Below, piece by piece: positions 37,346 to 51,211 of a stretch of DNA of 64,000 bases (its first letter is position 1; every line of letters begins with the position of its first letter). Location of the stretch: assembly GCA_965113315.1 (NCBI GenBank), contig OZ220369.1, one strand, 5' to 3'. The translations under genes and the position numbers were made by a program. A model generated the notes under the pieces. That model searched no databases, was not told the origin of the DNA, and saw only the letters and a list, made by a program, of their open reading frames with translations. This DNA is from Podarcis vaucheri (Eukaryota).

Positions 37346-39064
37346 TATATAAAACTATCCATCATGAAGATAGTCGATGCATGTTTTCTTGTGCAAAGGT
37401 GGCCAGCTGGCCACTTGTAGTGTGAAAATGTGTACTGTATTGCATCTGATCAGACAAGCATCAAGACAGGCCTGACTTTCCTGTACTGCTCGGTATTACA
37501 AAAGCACTGATCCAAACTAACCCTGTTATCATGAGGTTAGGGTTAGAAATGCGTTGTTCTCCTAAGTGAATAATAGAATATATCACTTTGATGTTGTTTT
37601 GAATATAAAGCAAGTAGGACATTTTCAAAATAAATGAAACTTGTTTCAAAACCATCTCATTTCATAATAGTGAAACATTTATTTTATTAACATCCCAGAT
37701 GACAAAACATGAAAAAATAAGGAAATTTAGTCTGTCATTAAATCAAAATAGGATTACAAACCGTCTCCCATGCTAGGGCTTGGATCAAGAGTATTAATGG
37801 GGTCAACTACCCATTTCCCTGGGCACTGCTTCGACTCACCCACCTTTGGCAATCTTCTATAATGCACAACCAGAGCTTTGTATGTCATGGTAAGAAGAGA
37901 GGGTCAGCCTATTACTTTAGGGAAACAACCAAACACTGTGAAATGTCTGGTTATTTTTTTCATTGGCTCCATGAAAACCTAAAACTCACTGGTTCTTCTA
38001 AGAGAGCGTATCACGTTGGTTAACCCTATTACTTGTAGCCACAAGGCAGGCCCAAGTCTCATGAGCTCTTTCCAGCTCTCCTTTGGTCTTTGAAGAAAGC
38101 CGGGGAGGTTCATAGTGCAATCTATCAAAAATAAAAAATAAAAAAAATCCTACAATATTAACAATATTACAACTTTTTCCTATACAAGAGTGGGAAAGCA
38201 TACAAGTAGCAGATCAAAGATGAAGACAAATATAATATTGAAACAAAAGTTGCATAGGTTTTTCACCCATGATATGATTTCAGCCTTTTCCTGGCTTCTA
38301 CCAAAGCAAATGTTGGATAAGCTCTCAGTTTTTTTCTCCTATCTTGTGATTGAGGCAGTCTATGTACTATTTCTTTCTTCTTCATGTGTGTCTTGAAGCA
38401 TTGTCCAATCAGCACCATATACAGCTGGATTTTGCTGCAAACCTATAGCCCAATTTCCTTCAGCATTCAACAATGGGGAAAAATATACTTTTGAACTGAA
38501 CACAATGAGCACGCTTCCAAATCAGCTGCACTATAAATAGGTTTCTCTTAAACCCCAATTTCAGAAGGGAAAGTAGGAGCAGGCACAAGTTCTAAATGAA
38601 TTAATCCTATAAGCTTCTCGGTTGTGCACCATTTGGTCAATATCACTGACGTGTTCTTTACATCTTGGAACAAATTTTCCTAGAAAAGGGGAGGGAAGCA
38701 TCTCTTCCCAACAAGACCAAGAATGGAAAAGTGACTAGGAAGATGTCAAGTGAAAATAAAGTTAGTACTTGTCAGAATATTTTGTCTGGAAAACGAAAAT
38801 GCCAGGAAACCTGTGTTGTTTACCCTCCTGCCAAAGCCAGATCTTTCACAAAGCAGAATCAATAAGTTCCTCTCAGCCTTCTTATTGTAAACCTGACATA
38901 GTTATACAAGTGTGAGTATCCTGGAGAGAGGAGAATATAGAATCCTTCCACCCCTGCCCTCAATTCTCCTCAGCAGGATGAAGTGAGGGAGAATATTCAG
39001 GATTCAAAATGGGCTGTTTATACTATGTGCCTGGAAAGCGAATGCAAAGCGAAGTCCTTTTCTA

Positions 39065-39187
39065 TCACGGTTTCTCTGGCTTCTCCAGCTGCAGATCAAT
39101 CACTTTCACGTTCCCTATGTCCTGGTAGGTGGCCTGCAGCCCCCGTGAAATGTCCTCGTACATGGAACAGTCATCCAGATTCAGTCC
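39065..39187 (-). pseudogene. CD79A: CD79A last exon (ITAM), unit 2
   Basis: Same sequence as 8698-8820. Confidence 0.93.
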
Positions 39188-40010
39188 CTAGGAAGGGAAA
39201 ACCAAAAAAAGGTCAATTTCTGAAAGATAAGTCTATAAGCATAAATACTAATACACTATTATTCTGAAGATGCATTGAGTTTTAGGGTGATAGCCAAGGT
39301 TAGTCTTATTCAGAGCAGACCCGTTAAAAACAATGGACATTACAAACTTCGGTGCATTCATTTCAAAGGGTCTGCTCTGTGGGATGTAACATCACTGTAG
39401 CTGTCAAATACAACATTTCCAGTTTGTCCAGAGTGGGCTCACGGGGATGATGCTCCAGCCAGGAGGACTTCCTGTCACTAGGTATAACTTGATACAACCC
39501 TTTGGCTGCAACCCTAAACAAGTTTATTAGGAAGTAAATCCCACTAAGTAGGATATTGAGATTGAACTGAAGGGGGAGACACTGCTCTTCTTTTTCCACA
39601 GACCTCACCACAGGAAATGAAGATTGGGTCTGGTTTTTTTAGGATAATGACAAAACATACTTTCACAGTAACACAATGAACTCATCTTGAGCAACAGGAA
39701 AATGTACATAAGCATATAAAATACATAAAAATAACAAATAGTAAAGCTTTTGACCACTTTCCTTCCTACTGGAATTATAGCATTCTCATTTTTTAATTCA
39801 CTGATCTCTGGCAGGGATCCTCACTCCTAAATCTGTAGGCAGTGCCTATACTTTGGAACTCCCTGCCTATTGAGATCAAGCTCATGACTTCCCTGTACTC
39901 TTTTCAGCATCTGCTAAAAACATTCCTCTTTAGACAAGTCTGCCCAGAAGCTTAGAACTTTGAGGTGATTTAAATCTGTTTTAGCATTTTAACTTTTGTA
40001 TGCTTTAAAG

Positions 40011-40148
40011 CAGGCTTCCTCAAACTCAGCCCTCCAGATGTTTTTCAGGCTAAAATTCCCATCATCCCTGACCACTGGCCCTGATAGCTAGGGATCATGG
40101 GAGTTGTAGGCCAAAAAACATCTGGAGGGCTGAGTTTGAGGAAGCCTG
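40011..40148. mobile_element. hAT-like MITE
   Basis: ~35-bp perfect TIR (caggcttcctcaaactcagccctccagatgttttt) and 8-bp TSD ctttaaag. Confidence 0.85.
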
Positions 40149-40277
40149 CTTTAAAGTCAGGTTGTATTTTTTCCCCTTGATTTCACTGTTTTATCTCTTT
40201 GTAAACCGCTCTGAGGTTTTGTTTTGTTTTTACAATCAAGCGGTGTATAAATTTTGTGAAATAAAAAAATATATATA

Positions 40278-40516
40278 CGGTGGTACCTCTGGTTGCGAAT
40301 GGGATCCGTTCCAGAGGCCCGTTCACAACATGAGCAGAACGCAACCCGCATCTGCATGGGTCGCGATTCACGCTTTTGCGCATGCACGTGACGTCATTTT
40401 GCGCGTCTGTGCATGTGGCAAAACCCGGAAGTAACCCTTTCTGGTACTTCCGGGTCGCTGCGGGACGCAACCTGAAAACGTGCAACCTGAAGCAAATGTA
40501 ACATGAGGTATGACTG
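40278..40516. mobile_element. Tc1/mariner MITE (same family as 37086)
   Basis: TA|CGGTGGTACCTC...GAGGTATGACTG|TA. Confidence 0.75.
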
Positions 40517-40752
40517 TATTATGCATGAATATGTTTCTTTGCCCGGTGTTAGATTATCTTGCTGCAGAATACTGGCTGGGTTTCCTATTTCCAGTATCAT
40601 ATGAATACACCATGGTGTCCGTCTCCTTCAGCTTTGGAATTTTCACACATTCTGCCGCACAGAAGCATGGGCGTAGCCAGGATTTTTCTTAACATTTTTA
40701 TTGGGGGGGGGAGCTGCCAATCCCTTCCCCATGCCCTGTCTCCTAGAATTAC

Positions 40753-40821
40753 CTCATATATGTTCTCCTCTTCATAAGCCTTCTTCTTGGCTTGTAAAAG
40801 GCGCTCATTTTCCCATCTCTT
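40753..40821 (-). pseudogene. CD79A: CD79A cytoplasmic exon, unit 2
   Basis: KRWENERLLQAKKKAYEEENIYE with intact splice sites. Confidence 0.9.
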
Positions 40822-42845
40822 CTGCAAAAAAAGAGAAGCAAAACACCATGGAAACAAGTGTGGTACATCAGGGTAGGCATCACTGAGCCCTGCCAAAGCC
40901 TGCAGCCCAGAAGAGAGCCCAATGCCATTCTCTGGAGCTGCTCCTCAGTGATGCTGTCTGTTCATCTGCCCTCTAAGTGTGCAAACATAAGAATGAGATA
41001 ATGGAGACATAGTCTCCTCCAAGTGGCTGGGCTTCCTGGGCTCCACCAAATTGGAGATGGATCTTTGCTTAGCTGCCTCAGTTTTCGGTGCATTTTACAG
41101 GCTTTTAGGCCACAAACTCAGCCCCCCCCCCACACCACACATCTAAAGCACTCTTCTGTCACTTTAACAGCCATGGCTTCTCCCAAAGACTCCTGGGAAC
41201 TGTAGTTAAGGGTGCCAAGAGTTGTTAGGAGACCCCTCACAGAGCTGCAATTCCCAGCACTCTTAACAAACTACAGTTCCCAGGATTCTTTGAGGGAAGC
41301 CATGACTGTTAAAATGGTACAATAATGGCTCTTTTTTAAAAAAAAATGCTGTGGATGGAACCTTAAACCAGTTTAACTGTCCTTCCCCCATTCACAGTTG
41401 GGATTCTCTGAGGAAGTGAGAGGTGAGTTATAGCGAATTGTTGATTACCACTTCTTGCTAAATGACAATTACCAGTATTGAGAGGCTCATAATCTTGGTA
41501 GCCATTTACTGCTTAGATTTCATAGGTTCTCAGTACGTTGGTCACAGTTAATGGTAACTAGCGAGCTGATCACAGAAGAGCATAACAATTAAATCAATTT
41601 TAGTTTAAGGGCCATTTCATACAAACAAAAACTGGTCCTCAGCTGATCAGCACATGATAAAACTGAACACATGTTACGACATTCTGTCTGGCCATATGGA
41701 AAAGTAGTTGCATGAACTTTCTGTCATGCGTGATTGGGGTGCATAGGTGAAACCCTACATCCTGGGTAGCTGTGTGTGACAGAGAAATAAAGAGGCCATT
41801 TCACCAAATTCCTAGTTGTACTTCACACAGCATTTGTAGATGGAGAATTCTAGCTTATGTGAACTAGTCTTCAGTTAGCTGTGTAGATAAAACAACAAGT
41901 TTCAGATAAGTACCAGGGGCCAGGACATAGTCTAAAGGTGCATGATGTCATGGAAATGACGGAGAACAAAGGGGAAGAGGAGAGACCAGTAGAGGAAGGG
42001 GGCAGGAAGTGGCAATGGAGGAAAGGAGGGAAAATCAGGAAGAGGGAAGGCTCTCTGATGTTGGAGCAGAGCCTCAACACTGCACAGGAAGCTCTGGCAC
42101 GGAGGGCGAGGCAATGCCGGTTCCATCTGCTCAGGAAAGGAGAGTGTTAAAGAGGAGGGGGCAGAGACATGAAATGAGAATGCCTCGCCTCTTCTGCTGG
42201 AAAAGGGGCAGATGTAAGTCACTCCGAGAATCTGACCCAGAGGATTCGGATGCATGATTATGTGTGCTGCTTGTACATATGTAAAATAAAGGATGTATAT
42301 ATGTATCTCAGAGTGAGCAGAGGCATTTCTTGCGGAGAGCATTCATAAGCCATCACACATGACACAGCCATCTTGTTCTTGTCAGTGCTTGGATGGGAAC
42401 CTACCTGAGACCCCTCTGTGTGCTTCCTTAAGTTCCATGACAGTGGAGAAGTGGGATATTAATGTGATAAACACATCACAAACATCTTTTACTAAAGGAA
42501 CACAGCAAACATCATTTTGTATTTCAGAGCCATCCAATTATTGTTCTCAGACAATACCCTTGGTCCTTTGCATTAACTGACCCATGTGATTCCAGTGAAG
42601 TGCCATTTGGGAGAAAACTCTTGTATTAGGCAATTATCTAGATGTTGTGCCTGTTGCTGGTGTACATGCTGATAAAAGGACAGTTTGCCCCTTTGGGGTA
42701 ACAATCTACTCTTTAAAAATAGGGAAAAAAAGCAGAACAAGATCTGGTGACTGGAAACTGTAGGCTGACAGATTCATTATGCACCATGCTCTCCCTGTCT
42801 GTCACCATGCGTACAAAGAATAGTCAGAGGGAAATAACAGCTCAC

Positions 42846-42913
42846 CCTGAAGAGCAAAAAAAGACCAGGACCAATGGCACAGATGAGTAGCAGGAAACCC
42901 TCAGCTGTGATGA
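42846..42913 (-). pseudogene. CD79A: CD79A TM exon remnant, unit 2 (acceptor and 5' part deleted)
   Basis: Only [22 protein letters not shown]|gtgag remains; the sequence equivalent to 12694-13353 is deleted. Confidence 0.88.
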
Positions 42914-44070
42914 GTAGCAGGAAACCCTCCACAATGGTTCTGTTTGTACATTGCAGTGCCAAACCTACTCTCTGGATTTCTCCTTAAGATAAAATTTTTG
43001 GTGGGGGCTTCTGTGCCCCTTCACACATTCTGCAGAAAACCTTTCCCCATTTTGAAGCTTCAGGTTAAATGTTGTGTTGTGCGGGCTGACAATACGTCAT
43101 TTCACAGGCCAGTGGCAATTTCAGAAAGGAAATGAAAGTTCTTATTGACAAAACAAGGTTGTGGAGCATATTTACAAAAACTCTGATCAAGATACTGTCT
43201 GGCAGAAGTATGAATTCTGCTCTGACTTATAACTCACTGGGTGTTTGGGAGCAACGCTAGTTGTAACACCTAGTTTACTTCTCAGTGAAACCTACCTAAC
43301 AAAGTTGTTGTAATGATAAAATGTGGTTTAGGCTCCTTGGAAGAAGCCAGGGAGATAAACAATATCAATAGTCTCATAACCCAGAACTCACCTGTATCAG
43401 TCCCTATTCCCTCTGAGCTTCTCCCTGGCACTACTCTAGCTACACTCCCATCTCTCTGGAAGAACCATTAGCTTTAAGAATTCAATGCAGGAATCCTCTA
43501 TAGATATTACCAGCCTGGCTCAGGTCCCTAGAAAATTCCAGGTCCAAAAACCGAAGCTGCTTCACTATAACCCATGAGTACAGCTACTCAGAGCACACCC
43601 ACTGAAATTAATGGGGATGACTAACTTAGGTCCATTAATTTCGGTGGAGCTACAATGGCACCCAGTGGCCTGTTGAGATAATGCTAAAGGTTTCCCTCTC
43701 ATGCTTCTGGAAATATGTGCCTTTAAGAGTTGTCTGATGGAGAGGAATTTCAGCTGGTCCAGATGGTCACTTCGTGATGCCGCAGGCTTGAGCAGCCTTG
43801 CACCTGCTGAAGCTTTTCCTTCTACCTAACTATTAAAGACAGAAGAGCCATGTCTTTTTATTGGCCTCCTATCGAAGAGTGCTTCAGTCTTTACAACTCC
43901 TTGCTCCTGTTCTGAAAAAAAGTGGGGAAAGCAAAGCACATGGGTCGTAGCTTCAATCTAGGCTTGTCATACGTCAGGAAAATTCCTGACATGTCCTGGT
44001 TTCCAGGTATAAAAATGGCGTCGGATGTATGGCAACGCAATGGAAAAAGCAGCACAACCTTTTTTTTTTT

Positions 44071-47000
44071 CAAACACTTCCGATTTTGGGAGGAATGAAA
44101 TGTTTTAAGGAATGGAAAAAGGAGCTAGCCAGATTTGTCTGGAATGGCAATAAGCTGAGAATCAAACACCAGGTATGAATGAATGAATGAATGAATGAAT
44201 AATTTATTACGGTCATAGACCAGAAGAAAGGAAAAAAAAAAGAAAAAAAGCAGCAAATAATTTAGAAGGGAATGATGGTGTCAGTTAAAAGTTGTAAAAT
44301 TATACATGAAAACAATGCACATATACACACACACCCACACACATATACATACTCGTATATGCACTACAGTATATGTATGGGCTTAAAAAGAAAAAGGGGG
44401 GGTTTATCCAGGGGTCATATCTTTTACTTCTTTTACAGCTAATGCCCTCCGCTTGATCGCGGCCGCAGAAAACTTGGCCACTTTCAATGTTACTTCTGGG
44501 TTTTTGTCTCCTAGTAGGATTTTCAGCCGCTGAGATTCAGATCAACCTGGAAATTTCTGAACGATAGGGGAGATAAACAGTAACCTGATATCCCCGTAAA
44601 GGTCGCAGTGTAACAGCACATGTGAGGCCGTTTCCACCTCCTTCAGACCACATGGGCAAACTCGTTCAGCATAGGGTGTGCCTTCGTATCTGCCCTTTAG
44701 TAAGGCAGATGGCAATACATCAAATCTAGTAAGGGTAAACGCCCGCCTATATTTTGCGATTTGTAGGTCCATCAAATATGGGGTTAGGTTAAACCCTTTT
44801 CCGTAATCTTGGATAGCTGGATATTTATCTATCTTGCTCACATGGTCCTGAAGCTCTACATCTCCTATTCGCTGGCTCACCATCATTTTAGCTTTTTCAA
44901 AGCCTGAGGCTATAAGTTCTTGTGAGGAAAGCCCCAGGCCCCTCAGTTTTTCATAAAGCGACAATCTCCATTTAGACTGGAACGGGTCTAGTAAAGTCAA
45001 TGGAGCCACTCCCACTGGGAAAAATATGAGTTTTAGCCAGAAGTGAATCTTCAAGATCCATATCCTGGCATTAATAGGGAGTTGGCCAACCTCCAGCCTA
45101 ACGACAGTGTTAGGGACACAGGTAGGTAACCCTAGTAGGGAACGATAAAATTTAGTTTGTACAAATTCCAGGGACTTGAGTTTTTGACAGTTAAATATCT
45201 GGGTGCCATAGGTCAATTGTGGAAGTATTTTTGCAACAAAGACCTGGGAGGCAGCAGGGACATATTGACCTCCTTTTCTGTAAAAGAATCTTATAATAGC
45301 TCTGGAGGATCTTTGCGCATTTACAATGGAATTCTTAATCTGGTGGCACCAAGATCCCTTCTCATCAAAAATTATTCCAAGATATCTAAAGGATGTTACT
45401 TGCTCAATAGGTTGGTTATTAATTTTCCATTTATGTCGGAGTTTTCTCTTGGAGAACACCATAATTTTTGATTTGGTGTAATTTATTATTAGGTGTTCAA
45501 CTTCACAATACTCTGTAAGAGCTCGTAAAAGTTTTCTTAAACCCACACAAGAGAAGGAAATAAGTGCCGCATCATCCGCGTACAAAAGGACCGGGATTGG
45601 TGTATTATTTAGATTTGGGGAATGAATACTTGCTTCCTCCATCTTTCCGACTAAGGAGTTTATATAGAAGTTAAAAAGAATAGGGGCAAGAACACAGCCT
45701 TGCTTAACACCATGGGAGCTTTGGATTTCCTTTGATAAGTTCCCATAGCGGTCGCATCTAACACGGATCCGAGTATTTTCATGTAGTCTACGGATAAGAA
45801 GCAAAAGACGTCTATCGATGTTTGTGACATTTAGTTTTTCCCAGAGTCTGTGCCGGGGTATCGAGTCGAAGGCTGATTTGAAATCTATAAAGGCCACATA
45901 GAGAGAGCCTCCTTTCTTTGAGGTGTATTTCTCCACTAGATGTTGCAATACCAGTCCTTGGTCTAGAGTTGATCTATGTGCCCTGAAACCAGCCTGGGCT
46001 TCCTTTAAGATGTGCTCCTGTTCCAGCCAGTCCGCAAACTTTTCACGTAAGTGAGTTGCATAGAGTTTACTGATGATGCTTAAGAGGCTGATTGGTCTGT
46101 AATTGGCTGGATCAAGTTTACAGCCTTTCTTAAATATGGGAACGATGATTGCCAATCCCCAGTCCTCTGGTATTATTGCTGTTTGATCTATGCTGGTGAA
46201 AAGGGTGGCAAGGACTGGGGCCCACCAGTCAATATTGGCTTTGAGAAGTTCAGGAGAGATGTTATCTGCTCCCGGGGCTTTTCTGTATTTGAGTGCCTGA
46301 ATAAGCCTCCTAATCTCCGCAACCGACACCGGAGGCCACTCATCACCTGCCGCACACTGTATTAGTGGCTGAAACACCAGGTATTAATAGATAAAAGAGA
46401 AAGAGGTGGATTTGGATTACCGGATTTAGAATTATACCATGCCGCAGCTGGCTAGTTTGGTTAAAGAAATGGATTACACTAAAAGATACAAATGTATTAG
46501 ATCTTGAGGGGCACGACAACTGGTTTGGGTGGCATGCCTATCTGATATATGAAAAGGTGAAAGTACACAAAGTTTCTTGGGCCATGAAGTAAGAAGATCA
46601 CTCTATAAAATGTGGAGTAAATACAGAGGAATTTTGGAACCCAATATATCTTTGTGGACGTCACCAGTAGAAGCGATAGCAATCAAAAGGAAAAACATGA
46701 AGGGAGACTAGCCCACTTAGAGGATGTTATTAGAACCAAACAAAGAAATGCCAATCCTAAAAAAAATGAGGATATTAAACATCACCTGTCTGGTTGGCTA
46801 CAGTATTTCCAACTAAACCAAAAACTGAGCACAGATAAAAAGAGAAGGTCTTGCCAAATAAACTTCCGTGTTTGAAAAAGAGTTAATATACAACAAGGGA
46901 AAATATATATAAAGAATGTATGAACATCTTTTAGAGTGGGAAGTGAAAGAGGAGCAGGTTAAAACATCTGTGATAAAATGGGCGCAGGACTTTGGTAACA

Positions 47001-47884
47001 ATATTAATATGGAACAGTGGGGAATGCTATGGCAGCAAGACATTAAATTTACCTCATGTTATAATTTGAGGGAAAATACCATGGAGATGCTTTATCGATG
47101 GCACCACACCCCGGCAAAACTCGCCAAAATGTATAAGGGAAGTTCACCAATATGTTGGCGTTGTAAAAAGGAAATAGGATCGTACTATTATATGTTGTGG
47201 ACTTGTATGGTTATAAGCGAGTTTTGCAATAAAATATATGATGAATTTAAGAAATTATTTAAACTTATTTTTTTTAAAAAGACCAGAGATTTTCCTTCTA
47301 GGAATACTGCCAATAGAAATAAAGCAAAATACAAGACCACTGCTTATGTATTCAATTACAGCTGCAAGAATACTGATAGCCAGAAGTTGGAAATGTGAAA
47401 CAACAACTACAATAATAGATTGGCAATCACTCATGCTAGAGTACTTTCAATTAGCAAAGCTGACCGGAAAAGTCAGAGGAGCCCCAAATAAAAAAAAATT
47501 CAGAGAATAGAGACTATTCAAAGAAGATATAAGATTATATTGTAATAATGATGTTATCCTAGCAGAACTGAATGATACTTGTATATAATAAACAAATGGA
47601 ATAAATATACTAGATGAATATACATGACGTTGTAAAACAAACTGTGCGATAAAATTAAGACAATAGAAAAAGTACAACGAGAACGATTGGAAGTTTTTTT
47701 CAGAAGACTTTATTAGAAAAGACAGGATGTTATAACCAATATTCATTTATTATTGTTAGCTCTTTTTTGCTTTTTATTTTTATTTCCTTCATCTTTCTAT
47801 TATACTTTTTGTTTAATTTTGATGTAACTATTTGTAATATATACGTAAGATATTTTAAATCAATAAAGACGAATTTTAAAAAAA
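44071..47884 (+). mobile_element. L1-clade fragment, unit 2, interrupted by a nested LINE
   Basis: Paralog of 14499-16110, split at 44177-46371. Confidence 0.85.
44177..46371 (-). mobile_element. Young 5'-truncated non-LTR retrotransposon (RTE/RTEX-like), unit-2-specific
   Basis: 611-aa RT ORF 44542-46377 (NYRPISLL, QAGFR, GVKQGCVLAP, YADD, C-terminal CxC...H...C). (ATTC)n tail. 13-bp TSD aaacaccaggtat at 44164-44176 and 46372-46384. Confidence 0.9.
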
Positions 47885-48184
47885 GAGAGGAAAAAACAGC
47901 GGAAACGGCTCCAAAAGCTTAAAATCAATCACATCACTGAAGTCCTTTTTCCTGCCCACTTTCCCTCTTCCCCTCGTAGTCAGGGGAATATAGTATTCCT
48001 GTGGAACACCTTCCCATTAGATGTCAAAGAGATAAACAACCCTGGGACTTCCTGCAGACATCTGGAAAAAGAAGCCTTGTATGGGGAAGTTTTTAAATGT
48101 CTGATGTTTCTATGTGTTTTTATATTTTGTTCGAAGCTGCCCAAAGGAGCTGGGGCAACCCAGTCCGATGGATGGGGTTCAAGC

Positions 48185-48234
<50 letters not shown>

Positions 48235-48605
48235 CAGCTTTTCCTCAGTCCCAGATGTGTGGGGCGCTGCCTATGGTGGCTACTTAATGGCAAGGGGGAA
48301 AGGTACTTTGCACGTGCTCAGAGGCATGCCATCCTTTGTGACAAGTTCCCTTCAAACTCTGGTTTTCCTCCACCAGCTCTTTCTGAAGACCACCCTCCTC
48401 CTCCAGTACTACTGCGACTGGTATTCATTCCCCATGAAATCGTGGATTCCCTTCCTTGCAAGGAAACATTTTCCTCAGGATAGAAGATTCCCCGCTTTTC
48501 TACACTTGCCCCTCCCCCCACCCCCTCTTGCCTGAGGTAAAACAAAAAACCCACCACCAACGAACGCAGCACCCTGGCAGCAACCTGTAAAACGAGAGAG
48601 AGAAA

Positions 48606-48680
48606 TTTCCCGCGCTGCCCGATGATTGGCTGCAGCTCACCAGCTCTTGTCGCTCATTGGCTCGCGCGATTTTTGGCGCC
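48606..48680 (+). promoter_or_regulatory. Putative PRDM9 promoter, copy C (E2F and CCAAT motifs intact)
   Basis: Same motifs as 16832-16906. Confidence 0.65.
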
Positions 48681-48975
48681 TTTTCCCTCTCGCTGAGGGA
48701 AGGAGGTGGCTCTGTGGGGCTGAGCGAAAAGCCTCGGCTGTGGCGGGGAGGATTTCAGAGAGGGGCGAAGTTTAAACAGCTCCCTCGCTGCGTGTAGAGC
48801 AGGGAAGCCCAAAGTCTAGGGCTGAACCCCCCCCCCCAAGATTAAAGGAGGAAATGCCCAGTTTGGGCTGAGGGAGGAAAGGGGAGAAAGAAAGTTGACT
48901 GGGATGGAAGGAGACTGAGGAGGGAGAGATGATTAAACTGGGCTGAAATTTGGGAACTGAGGGAGGGGGAGAGAA

Positions 48976-49470
48976 ATGGCATCTGGAGCTGAGATGCCCA
49001 CTGGGACAGAAGCCCAGGAAAGAGGGCAGAAAATGCCAGCTGGGGCAGGAGCCCAGGGAATGTGGGAAGAAATACCTCCTGGGACAGAAGCTCAGGGGTT
49101 GGGGCAAGAGATGCTCAGGGATGATGAATGCCAAGGGCAGGAGGGCAGAGGCGGTTCCAGCAGGGGAGAAGTGGGAGGGATGAGGAGAGAGGCATCTGAC
49201 AAGAACGATACCCCAGGGAAGAGGGCAACTGAGGCTGATTGGCCTGTTCCCAGTGGGGGAGATCTCATGGAAAATGATCCCAGAGATCTGAGAGGAGAGC
49301 CCTTGGAGAAAGGAGCCACTGGGGCACCGCCTCCTTCTGATTCTCTTCTTACAAAAAGTGCTGAGGGGGGGAAGTCGGGGTCAGGTAGCCCCCAAAATAG
49401 TTGCTTAGACAGGGGTTCTACAGAGAGGGTCAAAAAGCCGAGCCATAAGAAAAGGGGGCAGAAGCCCAAG
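48976..49470 (+). CDS. PRDM9: PRDM9 copy C exon 1
   Basis: Open paralog of 17202-17696 with 8 aa changes. Confidence 0.7.
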
Positions 49471-50094
49471 GTGAGGAATTTGGAGTAAGCAAATATCCCG
49501 TAAAGAGACCTTCCATCCTAAAATGTGGCAAGCTTCTGCAAGTTGAGACTTGCTGCTTTTAGCTTGGGGAAGTCACGCACAAATGTTTTAATTAAAGAAA
49601 AATAATGGGGAAATAATATATAATTTAAGAGGTCTAAATAATAAGATTTCACATGTAGCTCAGTTATTGCTGGAGAGGCCCATAAAGATGGGAACCTTGA
49701 CAATCATGCTACAGTCACATGACACTTTATCTGTAGTTGCCAATGCCTGATAACATGCAGCAATCATTCAAAGTTGGCAAAGTAGTGTAGAATTTCCATG
49801 CAATTTGGAAACTTTGGGTGCAGACTGGACAGGAAAGCCATAGCTAAATTTTGTTTTAAATAGATCTGGTTCAGGGACATGGTAAAGTATGGCAGCTGCT
49901 CAGCTTGTACAACAACTGGACTTTCAAGAGCAGTCCGAGCAACTTAGCTTGTTGTTAGACCCATCAATTAATTGGTGTGCAAATTTAAAAGTGTGTAATT
50001 TCACTGATTGATTTCACTTTACTTGTAAAGTGCTTGTTTCTAAGTAAAACACATGATATTATGTGTCTGTACCCCCTTTCTTCCTGTGTACTAG

Positions 50095-50218
50095 GCTGAA
50101 GATACTTTTAAAGGGCTGGCCATCTACTTCCCTAAAGAGCAATGGGCTGAAATGGGAGAATGGGAAAAAATTCGTTATAAGAATATGAAAGAGAACTATG
50201 AGTTTATGACTCAATTAG
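50095..50218 (+). CDS. PRDM9: PRDM9 copy C KRAB exon
   Basis: Intact; V->A relative to copy B. Confidence 0.95.
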
Positions 50219-51106
50219 GTGAGAGAAATTACTGAAAAGTAAGGAAGGAGTATAGATTATTTAGCTGAGTTGAAGAACAATGGAAGAATTGTTCACTCTT
50301 GCACCTTATTTTACCTTTATCAAATAGTAATATTCAAAGGGTTCATCTATGTGACATGTTAAAGTTAGCAAAGCATATATTTTAGTGTGTATTTAAAAGT
50401 ATAACTGTCAGGCTTCCAAGGGCTCTCAATGATTACAGCCTGAAGCTCAGCTCAATTACACCATATATTAACTATGTTTGTAAAAAGGTTAAAATTTAGA
50501 ACTCTGTAGGCAGAATTAGGACCAGTAGAGAAGGCAAAGAGAGATTAATGAAAGAAGTATGGAACTAGAAATAATGCTGAAATTGTACCTGGGAGGTCTG
50601 GATTCAAATTCTTTTCCAAGCATGACTTCACTTTATATGCTTGGTTAAGTTACTGGGTTGAATCAGTTAAGTTGCACATTGGCTGCAATCTAATCCACTT
50701 TCCTGGTTGTAGACCCCAATTGAAAGCAATAGGGCTTACTTTTGAGTTTCTTAGAATTGCTCTGTAAGATACCATTGAAACATTTGTCTCCTTTTCCCAC
50801 ACCTCTCCCATGTTGCGGACTGCAGAGGATAGATTGGTCTTTCACTGATACAGTACTTTTTTTCTTTTTAACAAAACCTTTTGGCTAGGTATACTATGTG
50901 GCAAGTGATCTGAAGCCTTTCACATTGGATACAGATTCTGGGGGGTGGGAAGGGCCTAGTTTTCCCATAGCACAATATTGATTATTTTGTCTTTTATTGG
51001 CATTTGACATCAGTTGAACAGAGACAAATTTCTGGAAGCATTCTTTCAATAAGATATTTGCAGACAACAACTTTTATAGTATCTTATACCTGATTATTTT
51101 TTTTAG

Positions 51107-51211
51107 GTCTTCCTACACCTAAACCAACATTTATGTATCATGCACGGCAACCTCCCAAAACTACAAATGAGTCCTCTGAGTCTGATGAGGAATGGACACC
51201 AAAATCTATAG
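51107..51211 (+). CDS. PRDM9: PRDM9 copy C exon 3
   Basis: Intact, identical to copy B. Confidence 0.93.
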   Translation, partial: VFLHLNQHLCIMHGNLPKLQMSPLSLMRNGHQNL

